In this document: piece after piece, positions 11,793-24,600 of the stretch
Numbering within the stretch: the first letter of the stretch is position 1
Layout: each line of letters begins with the position of its first letter
Assembly: GCA_973895155.1 (NCBI GenBank)
Contig: OZ316891.1
Span: 22,023,168 to 22,087,167 of the forward strand
From: Marsupella aquatica
Taxonomy: Eukaryota; Plantae; Marchantiophyta
Reading direction: 5' to 3'
Length of the DNA: 64,000 nt
The notes under the pieces: model-generated
Database searches by the model: none
What the model saw: only the letters and a program-made list of their open reading frames with translations
What the model was told of the DNA's origin: nothing
Position numbers and translations under genes: made by a program

Positions 11793-12704
11793 GACATTAT
11801 TTATGTGTTGGGAGTAACTTTCAAATTACAGTCAACACTTTTTCATGAATGTTTAGCTATGTAAATCGTGTCCTTGGCTTATGCGGGATGTATTTTTTAA
11901 ATCCTTTTTAATTTGGTTTGATCTTAGATAGACTGCAATTAAACTACACCAAGCCATTCATATTTTACGCATTGTAATGGTTGTTAGAAAATCAGGATCT
12001 TGTTAAGTTTGCTATGATAACAATAACAAACCATGAATATTTGGAAACATCTGTGAAGGTAAAGTTGAGGATAGGAAAACTAAATGTTCATATTCCATAT
12101 CTTACCTCACATACCCAATCATTTGATACCAATTAATTTCTATTCAAACATTCAACTCGTTCACATTAGCAATTTTGGATGACCATTTACACAACAAATA
12201 TGAATTCATGTCGAATTGCACTTGGCATCATTCAAGGTGCAATGAGCTAGCTAGCTACTGTAGCTAGTTGAACAGGTAGTGATTTCTTCCTTGGAATGGG
12301 CCAATTTCCCATCAAGGAAAATCCTAGAAGGAACTATTAGTACCAGATAGCCACCAAGAAACCAAGTCAAAAAAATAGCTTCTCATAGTCAAATAGCAGT
12401 GCAACCAAGAAACAATAGTTTACATTATATGATAAAAGTTTAGAAAAGAGTCCGTTATTCAATCTCTGCGTGTAGACACCTTCAATAAAGTAACTTGTGG
12501 ATTATGAAAACTTTTCCATCTGGATTGCTCCTATGTGCACTTGATCGATGGAGAACAGCTTGCACTTTTGATTCACACACTCAGGGTGGTAAAAACATCC
12601 CTTTTACCAGTTGCATTTAGTAGCAGCTGCTAATAAATTTTGATCTCTTAGTGCCAGGTGGACATGACACCTTGGAACCTATTAGTAACAACAGCTTTCA
12701 ATTA

Positions 12705-13155
12705 ACCTGTCCCCAAACTATCCGATATTATTGACGTGCCTCTTAAATAGAAATATTTATCAACCCGCCCCCAATTTTGTATATCCGGGTTAGAATCAAC
12801 TCATATACTGGTTCCTGTTGCCATGTGGCAAGTCATTACTGGCTAGCCTTAACCCGCGGTGACCCCGTTGGCCTCCCTTCCCCTTCCCCATTGCAGGGCA
12901 CAATCGTAGGTCCAGGAGGGGAAAAAACATGTTGGTTTTTGCTCCACACTCCCCTCACAAAACCAAACATTTTGGCCCTCAGTTTTTCTCAGGAAAATGC
13001 AGTGACGAAGGGGGGCCGCGGCGGGTTAAGGCTTACCAACCGGAACCCATAATCATACAAGTTAGTACTGACCTAAATACTAAATGGGGGCCAGGTTAAT
13101 AAATTCTTTTGTTTGGGGGCCACATTAGTAATATTGGGTAGTTTGGGAGACAGGT
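12705..13155. mobile_element. Foldback MITE with TA flanks (Tc1/mariner-Stowaway-like), ~450 bp
   Basis: TA|acctgtccccaaactatccgatattattgacgtg ... cacattagtaatattgggtagtttgggagacaggt|TA. Inner IR gccttaacccgcgg / ccgcggcgggttaaggc. Confidence 0.7.
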
Positions 13156-14985
13156 TAGTACAACAGTGTAGCAACAATGAGCTGTAGTTTTGGGCTAAAC
13201 AATGAAAAATTGAATGTCAATAAGTTGTACAGCGGTAAACATGAATAATACCTCAGAGGTCTTACTTCCACAAAAAGCGCACATCATGTGCAATGAGTAT
13301 AATCATTTTATTCCCGATAGATTAATTAGAACTTCACGGATATTTGCATATTTTTCATGAGTGGCCATATTTGGGTATATATTAAGATTTATGATAAAAA
13401 AAAGGTGTTAATCAGGGGCCAATCAGGAGACCAATCAAGCTGCTTAGAGATCTCACTCTCTAAGAGTGTTTTGCTCCTAGTGATGCCCTTCACTGAAGAT
13501 TTGATAGGCTGCCTTGTCATGTTTCGTTGCTGCCTGACATCTATACCCAATAGGGCCAACGGTTAATTATTGGCCTGCATTTAGGGAGAGATGCACATCA
13601 TTTCTGGCTATTAGTTTTAGCATCTAATTAGTGTGTGTTAGTGTGACTAACAATAAGATGGGATTTTTAAAAATAAAATTAAAAGGGAATAGGGCTTATC
13701 TACACTAATTCGTGGATGTGAGGATCAAAAGCATTCATGCAGAATGTGGGCCGCCCACCTTCAGTCTATTGGGCGGAAAACATTATTTCAAATGCATGCA
13801 AAGTCTTTTTTAGGTCGGGCTAATTCATGTGTAGCAGATAATTTGCTTCACAAAAATTAGTATGAATAACACAAACTGTCACAATTGTAAAAGCGAATCT
13901 AGAGGGCAGTTGCACCAACGCCTAAACAATCCAATCAAACCCCTTATTGGCATAAACACAATGCCAAAAGTGAAGTAATATTCACTAGACATGATAGATA
14001 TGGTGCTCCTTGTATCCTGGGGTGTTGCTTTAATGTATTGTTGATCCTGAAAAGGTGCGTGACTAGAAGGATCTTCGTCCATGTGTCCCTTCAGAGCTTC
14101 AAAGCCAAGTGCATGCTTTTATACTACCTGTTGACACCACCGCGAAGACTGAATTGTCATCAACTCCACTGAATGTATCTAATAGCCTACGGTCTAGAGG
14201 CCTTCTAGACCATAACCTTGTGGCACAGCTACACTTGGGGGTGAAACTGGAAATGAGCAAGGTGATACTCACTGTATATGTCTGAGCTTTGCTCAGGCAT
14301 TCAGGCTAGTGGTTTAATATCAGCAAGAACTGATGGGTTTGAGGCTAGTGTTTACAATCACTAAGAATTGATAGATTTGCATGATTGCAAATTTTTGAGT
14401 ACCTATCAAGTATAAATGAAGAAATCTACTTTGCCACAGCAGTAACAATTATCTCATGCCAAGCAATCCCTTTGTCCTCGTAATCAATTGATACTGCTGT
14501 ACAATGTGAGGAGAGCATCTTGTGTGTTATATCACTCACTTGCTGTGAAATTAACTTACATAAACAAAGGGATTTTGGATTTTAGCATTATCTACTGAAG
14601 TCTCATCATGGCGAGTATCTCATAGAAGATTTGTCACAAAATATGTACATAGTAGTTGTTAGTAGCTATTTGGGACTCTCCGTATAGAATTTGAGGACTG
14701 TAGATTTAGCTAGACTCCTTGTTGCTACCTTGATTTCACTTGTGTATAGTGCAATACTCCTTCGTAAGAAATAATTCCCTGCTCAAATCCATTTCCATAC
14801 TATACATTTCAACGTTTGACGCTAGTTGAATTTGATGAAGCGAGGATTGTAGGGGCAGGTTGCAATTCCTTTCTGTACCTTACCTAAGATTGCATTGCCG
14901 ATTTGTAGAAGAAGGTTTGACACTGGAAGAAGAGCATTCTTCAGCACTTGGGAGTCACCTTCTCAACTAGAACTGATCATGGGCC

Positions 14986-15582
14986 ATGGGGCAAGCACAA
15001 TGCTGTCAAGTAGCCTCACTTTTAGACGGAGCACAAACAGATTGGGAGAGTTATGCAGCTTATGCACCAACACATTACCCAAGATATGGATCACAATCTG
15101 CAAAACAGAATATTGATTTGGACGAAGATGATGAGTCAAACAATCCATACATTGCAAAAGCCTTGCAAAAGCGGAGGCCTTCGGCTGGAGACTTGCAAGT
15201 CGATGCAGATCGACGCAGATCTCAGCCAAAAATACGATTGTCAAGAAGACATTCAAGTAGGCTCTCTGTTTTAGAGAGCCAGACCAAAGAAGCACCCATC
15301 CTGATAATCCCACCCGTCCCCAAAAAGCGCTTGCCTTATGATCCTGGCACAGGAAGTGGATATTCTTGTCCCGGGACAAGGATGGCAATTCAACTTAGGG
15401 AGCCTAGATTGAAAGTTCTGGCAATAAGCCGCAATAAACTTGAGAGCGAACGAGGGAGAATAAACAATGGAGCTACTGTGCTCATAAAATTTGCCAAACC
15501 CGCAAAGGAGCCGAAATCAGACATATTGTCGCCCCTGCTAGACGCAGGCAAGAACAAACCAGGAAACGGTTCAAGGAAGTAG
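14986..15582 (+). CDS. 198-aa hypothetical protein with an N-terminal MGQAQCC putative myristoylation/palmitoylation motif
   Basis: Single ATG-to-TAG ORF. Gly2 plus Cys6-Cys7, and a basic, Ser-rich low-complexity body (RRPS, RRRS, RRHSS). No known domain recognised. Confidence 0.55.
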   Translation: MGQAQCCQVASLLDGAQTDWESYAAYAPTHYPRYGSQSAKQNIDLDEDDESNNPYIAKALQKRRPSAGDLQVDADRRRSQPKIRLSRRHSSRLSVLESQTKEAPILIIPPVPKKRLPYDPGTGSGYSCPGTRMAIQLREPRLKVLAISRNKLESERGRINNGATVLIKFAKPAKEPKSDILSPLLDAGKNKPGNGSRK

Positions 15583-15866
15583 GTAGTGTATGAGGGCAAA
15601 ACAGTTTCCATTTCATCAATTCCTAATTGATCTAGCTCAAAACTAGTTACACGGTTTCCTTAATAATGATTCATGGATATTAAAAGACGTTGCGTACATT
15701 GGCCTTCAAATCCACAACAAACAAAACATATCAGTAAATATACAGGGAGAAATCCATGATTACATTCTCAAGAATTACAGCGAAGTCCACATTCAGGGGA
15801 TAAGAGAACCATTCTGGCTACACGAACAAGTAATGCATCTATGTATTTAAGGGTGGGCAAAGAAAG

Positions 15867-17441
15867 ATGCACATGCTCAGCAAAATTTATACCGACTTCC
15901 ATAAGTATATAACGGGAGACGATGCACCAAGCAGAGGTACCAGTTCAGATAGACGAGGTCCAATTGAGAACATGGCAATGCTACATTTGGCAATCAAGGA
16001 AAATGACATTAATGCAATCAAATCGTTCTTGCATTCCAAGGAATGGGTTAAATTGCAAGCACCAGACAAAAGAGGACGAACTCCACTCCATTGGGCTGTG
16101 GCACTAGGGACCAGTGAGGTGGCAAGGCTCATTGTGAGGAACACAAGCAAAAACATGATCAATGCCTATGACAGGTACTGGCGCACACCTCTACACTATG
16201 CTGCCATGGCAGGAAAGAATGACATTGTAAAAATTCTCTTCATTAAAGGTGCTCGAATCAATGCCAGAGACAAGCAAGGAATGACTCCTCTACACTATGC
16301 TGCACAGAATTCAAATCCTTTCTTGATCCACTCTTTGATCGCTCGAGGTGCAGAGAAGCACATCAAGGACAAGAACAAACAATTGCCTTACGATGTGGCA
16401 ATTTCCTGGAAGAGCCCTCCTGAAATCATCCATCGTCTCAACCCTTTAACCGTGGATGAAGTGAAAGAAAGTGCAAATATGGTCAATCATGATCCATATC
16501 AATATTCATACCGTGATCATTACGACAGTGAGATTGTAGGATTCACCTCTACAAGGTCGCGTCAATCCTTGGGAAGGAAATCACCACAACTGTCGAAGCC
16601 GCTACAGCTTCCAATGCCTTTCCTTGGTTTATCTCCTGAAACCAGTTTAGTGACTCCTAAGAGGCATCCTCCTCCAACTCCAAAAGAACTGTCCATGGAG
16701 GCTGTTGTGAAATTGGAACTGGAAAGAGAAACGAATCAGGTCAAGTCAATGGTCATGCAAAACTTGGGTGTTGGAAATTCGAGGTTTAAGCATGTGGAAA
16801 CCCTAGAAGAGGCTCACAACCATGAGATGGCACTGCAAGCTCTTTTGATGCGCCAAAGAAGGAGAAAGGAGGTCGAGACGACGAGAGAAAGGGCGGAAAG
16901 GCATCGATTGCACATAATCGATTCCCAGCGGTCCAAAACAGGTGCTAAGTCGACTCATTCCAGTGGAGGTCATCATGGGAGCGAAAATTCTACTCTCACA
17001 AAAACAGCCCTAGGTAGTAAAGGTAGTAAAGGTAGCAAAGGTAGCAAAGGAGAGGTCGAAACGGGGGTTGAAATTGAAGGAGGAGTGATTTCGTTATACG
17101 AGTGGTGGAAAAGTAGGGGAAATTCTCTTCAAGGTTTGACAGAATCAACTCATGCACTTCGGAAGAAAGATGTCTCACCAAGTTTTCCTCGTCAAGGAAA
17201 CTCAAATCAAGGCTCTCGTGGATTTTATGGTGTTAGAGATCGCCGCAAGAAGGTAATTAAAATGAAGTACACATATCCATTTCTTAGGGACCCAATCCGA
17301 ATCCCCATGCCCTCGCGACTCGCACTAAGAGAGTTCGTGGGCACCTCCGATCGACAATACCATGTGAATGAGCAACGAGACCAAGAGCTCCGCATCCATC
17401 AATGTGTTGACAAGCATAAGCTTACACAGCAGTGGCTTTAA
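15867..17441 (+). CDS. Ankyrin-repeat protein, 524 aa, with ~4 N-terminal ANK repeats and a disordered/coiled C-terminus
   Basis: DKRGRTPLHWAVALG, DRYWRTPLHYAAMAGKNDIVKIL, GARINARDKQGMTPLHYAAQ, GAEKHIKDKNKQLPYDVA. Intronless; (GSK)4 repeat near 17012-17050. Confidence 0.9.
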   Translation: MHMLSKIYTDFHKYITGDDAPSRGTSSDRRGPIENMAMLHLAIKENDINAIKSFLHSKEWVKLQAPDKRGRTPLHWAVALGTSEVARLIVRNTSKNMINAYDRYWRTPLHYAAMAGKNDIVKILFIKGARINARDKQGMTPLHYAAQNSNPFLIHSLIARGAEKHIKDKNKQLPYDVAISWKSPPEIIHRLNPLTVDEVKESANMVNHDPYQYSYRDHYDSEIVGFTSTRSRQSLGRKSPQLSKPLQLPMPFLGLSPETSLVTPKRHPPPTPKELSMEAVVKLELERETNQVKSMVMQNLGVGNSRFKHVETLEEAHNHEMALQALLMRQRRRKEVETTRERAERHRLHIIDSQRSKTGAKSTHSSGGHHGSENSTLTKTALGSKGSKGSKGSKGEVETGVEIEGGVISLYEWWKSRGNSLQGLTESTHALRKKDVSPSFPRQGNSNQGSRGFYGVRDRRKKVIKMKYTYPFLRDPIRIPMPSRLALREFVGTSDRQYHVNEQRDQELRIHQCVDKHKLTQQWL

Positions 17442-20400
17442 CAAACACCAAATCGAGTCAAAGCCTCATTTCGTTTTCTGATTGGAAGGGTGACGAATAA
17501 ATCGAAAGTCTCAGACGAAGTCATGGAGCAAGAGCTCGAGTGATCGACTAAGAATGTCAATCATCTCCACTTTTGCAGAGGTTTGTCGATTGCGATTAAT
17601 TTTTGATAGGGTTTAGATGTTAGAGAAGAGCTGTGTAGACGAAAACTTGTTAGAGTTGATTTCAATTCCAAGAAGAGATTGCATTTTTTTTAAGAGGACA
17701 AATTTACTAAAGAGGGCTGAAGTTGATGAGTTGATTTCAATTCCAAGAAGAGATTGGATTGTAGCAGAAAGGGTCAAGTTTGTAAAAGGGGCTCAACAAA
17801 GTACAATGGAATAAAAGCAAAGAGGTCATGAGGGGAAAACCACCAAACTCCAGAAGAGAGCAAATTAAAAACCTAGGAAAATGAAAAAATAAGAGATAAA
17901 CATCTACTGGTGCAATAGTGGGATTGGCTGATAGTCCACATTTAGTGTCGCGACTAAGTCTGCAAGTGGGGCATAGATGTAATCTAAGGGGGCAAGCCTT
18001 TACTGAGGTCTATTAATACCCATGACTAGAGCATTTTCATGGATCGCTTGAACTTGACCATGTTATAACAGCACTTAATTCAACCGACAAAAATGCATTG
18101 TCAAAAAAGGTAGTGGTGGTCCTATGGAACTGGCCCATCCATGAATGTCTCGAGCTGCCTGTGAAAGGATTGAGCACATGTAAAAGTAAACTGAAAGCAT
18201 TTTTATTTGCTCTTCAATTTAGGGGTTGGTTGCAACAGAGTGTGGTTCAAGCTTTTCCTCTTACATCTGTGGTATCAATTTGGTCCATCACCAGTCATTT
18301 ATTCTTGTCTCTAGCTCTCTGTAATACTCTCCCTCAAGAACAATTCAAATGAGTGAATAAGGACCAATTTACTAGAAAGGGCCAAACAAAGTGATATCAT
18401 TTCACAAAAGGACATGTCAATATGTTACTTGTCAATCATATAGTTGAGGCAATATCCTCTAGGAGCACCTCTAGGAGCACCTTCAGTGGGAGACTACTTT
18501 TGCAACTATACCTTCAAATCTGATGATACGATAGAATGTTTAGTGCCACTGGTCGACTACAGTCAGGCTCGGTAGACGAGACTTGACTGCAGAAGTGTTG
18601 GCACATTTGTAGTCCCCGAGTATGTGGACATGAAAAACCAACCTTCTTGTCTCTGGTCAGAAAAGTATACCCTAGGCTATATCCAAAAAGTATAGTCAGC
18701 TATCTAGATGATTTTGTGGGGATACTCTAAGTTTGTGAAGAGTATGAGCATGCAATATGCTTGTCTCTGTCATCTCTACCTAATCCAGTTTCAAGATAAT
18801 TGTTCATGGGTAAAACATTACGATCCAACCCAAATGAGGATTATTACTTTTGGGAGTGAGTGATAAAATGCCCATGCTACTTTAAACTTCAATCAGACGG
18901 GTCAATGACTCTTTCAGTTTAACCTTCTAGTCAATGAGCAACAATAGAGCTGAACCTACTACCTTGCCCCCGGTAGATTTTCTGTATTTGCATAATTTCC
19001 CCTTTCTATGTTATTGAAATGGAGTATCAATGGAAAAAAACAGTAGAGTTGGGCATTGCAGTGTAAATGCTTGTACTCTCCTTGTCCGTTGGCAAAAAAT
19101 GAAACCATAAATTGTTCTACAAAAACAAATGGGATCTGAGTACATGAAAGGTTTTCATGCTGTCCATCTGGGATGGGCTGGTCCGTGCATGCATTCTGTC
19201 AAACATTAAGGTCCATGAGAGCTTAGGTTTGTACATGGTTTAATCTCAGAGGAAATAGCGCCCCCCCCCCCTTCCCGCGTATTTTATAAGAGGTATTGTT
19301 TGATGCAATGATAGCAATGAGTGTTGTAGCGAGTCACTAGCTGTGTTTAACTTCTTTTGATTTTTGCTGATTTTTATATAGTTAGTGCATCTTCAAGACT
19401 CCAGATGGCAATTTGTTTTCAACTTTTAATTATTTTCACTAAAAATGTTCAAATTGATAACACTGCCATGGGTTTTTTTGTATTTACATAGCTTTTTTTG
19501 TATTTAAGAGTATGTCATGGTTTGATATAAAGATGATAAGTTTAACAAGTAACCAACATGGAATATATGAAAATAGTGATATATTTGTATATACAACAAA
19601 AATAATTATAATATTCTAAATTAGAACATTTTTAATGACAATATAATTAAAAGCTGTCATTTTTTGCTGTTTTCTCACACTCTAAAATTACCCATTTTAT
19701 AAAGATAAGTTTCACTCATTACATGGTTAATCACAGAGGGAGCAAAATGGCCCCCCTACTTGATGGATAGCCAGCCTAAAAAATCAAGGCTGTGGACGAT
19801 GCTTCTCTTTTTTCCCGCTCATCTGTCCATTGATGATGCGCGAGGCCTCCTTGGCTCCTTCTCTCCTTCGCCCTCTGTCCCCGTCCTACGCCAAACACTG
19901 ATGACGAGTTTTCGCATTTTTTTAACTCGTTGAACAATGTCAGTAGATTATTCCATCAAGACGAACAGCGTACAAATTGATTGATTGCAACTGCTTGGTA
20001 CGTTGCAGAGTTGGTTTTCATTATTGTCAGCTTCGATTCACAAATTCTGTGGCTCCAATTTGTCCAGGCTTGATCGCATTGTGCTCCACTAAAACTCTCC
20101 TCTCCCGGCTATGTTTTACTTCCTAAGTGCATAACTGCAACATGAACTCTATATAAAAATGATATACACTTATCAAAAAGAGTTCAAAATAGGCTTTTAT
20201 GCTCTTAGCCATAAGTGTACATATTCCTCTATGGAAGGTTTTGCACTTACTTAATTCCCTTAGTGAGTTTTCTCTTCATAATTTTTTGGTGCTTTGTAGA
20301 AAAAAGAGTGGATTCAACGGTGATGAATTTCACAGAGATTTTTAAAAATTTTAGCCTGAGGATCATTCACCTGCCTGTTTTTGCAGGTAAGTGATTGACA

Positions 20401-20889
20401 AATTTTGGGTCACAAGGAAATGGCTGCAGGACACCTTGCAATTAGGAAGTTCACAATTATGCAGAAGTATATACTAGTTGGACCCCTAAAATGATAAGTG
20501 TTACTTGATGGGACCTTGAGTGATTCAACCAAGACCAGCCCACCATTCTCCCATATCTAATTACTGTTCGGAATTCCTTATTTTCTGGTCAGAGGTAGTA
20601 ACCCAGGCTAGTAACCCTAAACCTAATTGGTGTTACCAAATAAGTTATTTCCGGGCAAAAGATTATGAATATAGGAGGTACCTTCGAAAATGGTTACACT
20701 AACCTGCATTTCGTACAAAGATTAAGTTGGTTTGAAAATCAGTCCTCGACTCGTCCGTAGTGAGTCGTCACTCGTCAGGGTCCATTTCTGTGGCTCCAAT
20801 TCCTCGAAAGTCGACCCTACGCCCGAATGCCCGAAGTATCTCTGTCCATCGCGGTGGTCGCTCTCCTCTCGCACGCTCCGTTGCGCTCA

Positions 20890-21053
20890 GGTACGTGACC
20901 AGCTCGGCCACGCGACGAATCTCCAGCCGGCGTTCTCTCAGCAACCACGTCGCCCCTCGTAAACTGTCCCGGCTCTCTCAAGTCTCACTTTATGCTGTAG
21001 TGCGGACGTTTCGCGTCTTCGCGAGCTTCAGAGGTCACGAGGGAAGTATAAAG
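20890..21053 (+). promoter_or_regulatory. Putative ELIP promoter: ABRE/CE3-like ACGT and CACGCG cores plus a TATA box
   Basis: tacgtgac (~20892), gccacgcgac (~20907), ccacgtcg (~20946) and TATAAAG (21047-21053). An acceptor ctctctgcag lies just before the ATG, implying a 5'-UTR intron. Confidence 0.45.
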
Positions 21054-21908
21054 TAACGCTCTGGCGCAATGTGAGTTCTGTGACCAGCTCATTCGCTCGT
21101 TGCATTGAAGTTTTCACTTGATATTGCCTTTCGGACGGTGTTACCTTGAGCGGAGCTGTGTGGCGCACATCATTGGACGCACTTTTACCTTTTTCCTCCG
21201 CTGTTGCCGGAATCCAGGAGCAGTTCTGTGTTTCGACTTGATCTCGCGCGACGACAGACCTACAGTAGGTACAGTGTGTTTTGCATTACTCTCGTTTGCC
21301 AATGGACGTCTCATTCCGACCCGGCCCGCGTGTCGTAAAATAGCTCGTTTACGTTTGTTGTGTTAGCAGATTTCTGTCTCGGATACTTTCCAGAACGCAC
21401 TAGGCATGACTTGGACTACTTGTTGGCCGATAGTCTCGGGCGGAAACGCAAGAGGTTGGTGTTCTGTTAGTATGGTGCGACTGTCTACGTCCTGCGGAAA
21501 TGCGTGGACTCTTCTTGATAGTAATGAATGAGATTAGGAGGCCCGCCTAGTCGATGTCTTTTACAGTGCGTTTTGTAGATTATCCTCCACAACGTAACAA
21601 GGGATAGTTTTTGAAGGTATCTTAATATTTTTGCTGTGTCTTCGTCTTTGAAATTTCTTCCCTGTCTGAGAATGATCTGGTTCACCTATCTCATGGCCAT
21701 ATCTATTCCGTGGGAGTGTGAATATGTTAAGTGCACCGACTGTCGTCTGCATTAGTAGAAGTCTGAACGGAATTTGCTTGTGGAGTTCTAGAGTAGAAAC
21801 GACTTTGAGAAGACGTGGATAGGTTCTCTTTGTGCACAGTGTCTCATGTCAGCGTCTCATGTCAGTGTCTAACGGGAACATTGCATTTCTCTCTGCAGTT
21901 AAGAAATC

Positions 21909-22822
21909 ATGAATACCGTATCTGCAACTGTGGCTTCAGCTACAATTGGATCCGTTGCCGCCGGAATTCGATTGAGCAGAGTATCCACCGCCAAGATAGT
22001 GTCATCAAGACCAGCATTCGTCTGCAGACGTGCTGTTCAAATCCGTTGCAATGTCGAAGTGAGTCTAGTTGCTTAGCGCTCATTCTATATACAAGACTGG
22101 ATATAGATGAAATTTTGATTTTCTAGTTTGTGTAGGTGTGATTTCTAATAGACGATTGCATTCTTTACCGGTCTGAAACTCACGTTTTAGTAACTTTGCG
22201 ATGTGAGTATGTGAGAGCAATACTTACCGAAATCGTTGTTATGGTGCAGCCGGAGTCGAAGTCTACTCCCACCGACAGTGCTTCATCTGTTACCCCGATT
22301 GTGCCTCCCACCCCAACGCCAGTAGTTCCTAAGAAGGTACTCACAAGTTCTGAAGTATTTCATCTGATCCTTAAATATTTGGTTGGCTAGGACTACTGTG
22401 CCTGACTGCGATGAGCTCTTGAGTTTGTGACTCAGTTCTCTGTCTCGCTCTCTGATTCGCTTGAGGTGGGTTTGCAGTCTGCTCCCAGCTTCTTTGATGT
22501 GTTTGCTTTCAGCGGGTTAGCACCGGAGACTATCAATGGAAGATTAGCGATGTTAGGATTCGTTGCTGCCCTAGGAGCGGAGCTTGCTACCGGTGAGAGC
22601 CTCACCGCCCAACTGGGAGACGGTGGAGTGGCCGCATTCGTGTTCGCTGCTATCCTCTTCTCTGCAGCATCTCTCATCCCTATGTTCCAAGGCGTTTCTC
22701 CGAAGAGCAAGTCTAAGGGATTCTTCTCCTCAGACGCCGAGATATGGAATGGACGGGCCGCCATGATCGGTCTCGTCGCTCTGGCTATCACGGAGTACGT
22801 CAACGGGAGCCCTCTGGTGTAG
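21909..22822 (+). CDS. ELIP: Early light-induced protein (LHC superfamily), 193 aa, exons 21909-22058, 22250-22336, 22478-22822
   Basis: Transit-peptide-like MNTVSATVASATIG..VQIRC. Phase-0 GT-AG introns. LHC motifs FAFSGLAPETINGRLAMLGFVAAL and SDAEIWNGRAAMIGLVALAITEYVNG. Confidence 0.95.
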
Positions 22823-23832
22823 GAGGATCTTAGTCAACACGTCGAATGAGATCACATTCAGCCAGTCTGAATCTCATCGTGAGAGATCTCTTGAGTAGCT
22901 TCGCGACATTTGTGTAGCAAAATGTATTGTAGGGAATAGCACAGTGATATGATGAAGATGGGTTGTTAAACATTTCTTCCGGGCGAGAACGGATTTCGAC
23001 TCCCTTCCATATTGTCTTGTACATTGTTCAATTCTAGTCCGACGTGCAAGTGTTTTGCATATTTGAATCGAAAGTTTTCAAATGCGTCTGAGATCGGAAA
23101 CGGACCAACTGTTGAGAATCTGGAAGTGTAATGTGTCAGTTTCCTCATACGTAGTACTCTATGAAAATTCTTGCTTGAGCGGAAGATTTCTCTGCGTCAT
23201 GGTCTTAAATGTAGCGACATTCATCAGTACACAATCGGCTGTGGCAAACAGAGTATATTCAGCACATCGAGAAAGTCCGGATCGTCTCGCTTGAGAAAGT
23301 TTGAATGACTTTGTCGTAGTAATTCTGAGCTGCACTTGCTCCCTCGGACCGAACGTTGTCTTTTCTGAAATCAATCTGGTCCACTGATGAACTATAGTAA
23401 TGTAGTATCCGTAATACATAACTTACCTCCATCGAGAATCGGGAGGTAACTTCTCCAATGCTTTTCACAAGTTGCCTGCATCAAGAATTGGGAGGTTAAC
23501 AGGTGGGGACAACCATCGTAGGAGGTGTAGATTTTAGCCCTTGTCCACCCGCACAATGAATGGGCAAGAGATCGTGGCCGCAACCTAGTCAGAGCACGAC
23601 GACGACGACTCAATGTATCCGCCGAAAATCGATTACTACACGAGGGCAACAACTGAATGTAAACGCTGAAACTGTGACTGTAAAACTAGGTCACAGAATA
23701 AAAGTAGCGGCCCCTCCCATCACATACGCGCTAGTTAGGGCATCAGTTGTACATTCGGGCCGAAGCAATCTTACTGTGTATGACCGCAATCAACAACACC
23801 CTTCGAAGGTACAAGTGAGGGTCTGGAGCTCC

Positions 23833-24600
23833 TAGACCCTTACTTGGGTGTGTAACTGAATTATGTAAGTGAATTATTTTCAGAGACTCACTTGGGTGTG
23901 TAAGTGAATTATGCTAGTGGAAAGTGGGAATTTGTGTAAGGTTAACTGTGAAAATGACTCTAGACCCTTACTCTGACATGTATTTGAATTATGCTAGTCG
24001 AAAGTGGGAATTTGGGTAAGGTGAGTCTCTGAAATGACTCTAGACCCCTTACTCGGAGATGTAACTAAATTATGTTAGTGGAAACTGAGAATTTTGGGGT
24101 GGTAAGGTGAGTTTCTCAATATGACTCTAGACCCTTACTTGGGGTTGCAAGTGAATTGTGCTAGTGGAAACTGGGAATTTGGGGTGGTAAGGCCAGTCTC
24201 CGAAAATGATGTGAGAGTGCGCTTGAAGGTACTTATAGAAATTTCAAAGAACATGTAACTATGCTAGTGGAAAATGGGAATCTGAGGTGGTAAGGTGAGT
24301 CTCTGAAAATAACTCACTTGGGGCGTAACTGAATTGTGCTAGTGGGAAATGGGAATTTGGGGTGGTAAGGCCAGTCTCCGAAAATGGTGTGAGAGTGTGC
24401 TTGAAGGTACTTATAGAAATTTCAAAGAACAGGTAACTATGCTAATGGAAAATGGGAATCTGAGGTGGTAAAGTGAGTCTCTAAAAATAACTCACTTGGG
24501 GCGTAACTGAATTATGCTAGTGGAAAATGGGAATTTGGGGTGGGAAGGTGAGTCTCTGAAAATGTGGGGAGAGTGCGCTTGAATGTATTGATAGAACAGG
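23833..24600. repeat. Minisatellite of ~75-85-bp units with a ~180-bp higher-order repeat
   Basis: Recurrent gaattatgctagtggaaa.tgggaatttggggtggtaaggtgagtctctgaaaat (~8 copies). The block 24150-24330 repeats at 24330-24510. Confidence 0.85.

Noticed and set aside
23833-24600. CRISPR-like appearance of the repeat arrays (also 27930, 37960, 58757)
   Set aside because: Units are contiguous degenerate tandem repeats with no unique spacers and no cas genes, in a eukaryotic context.
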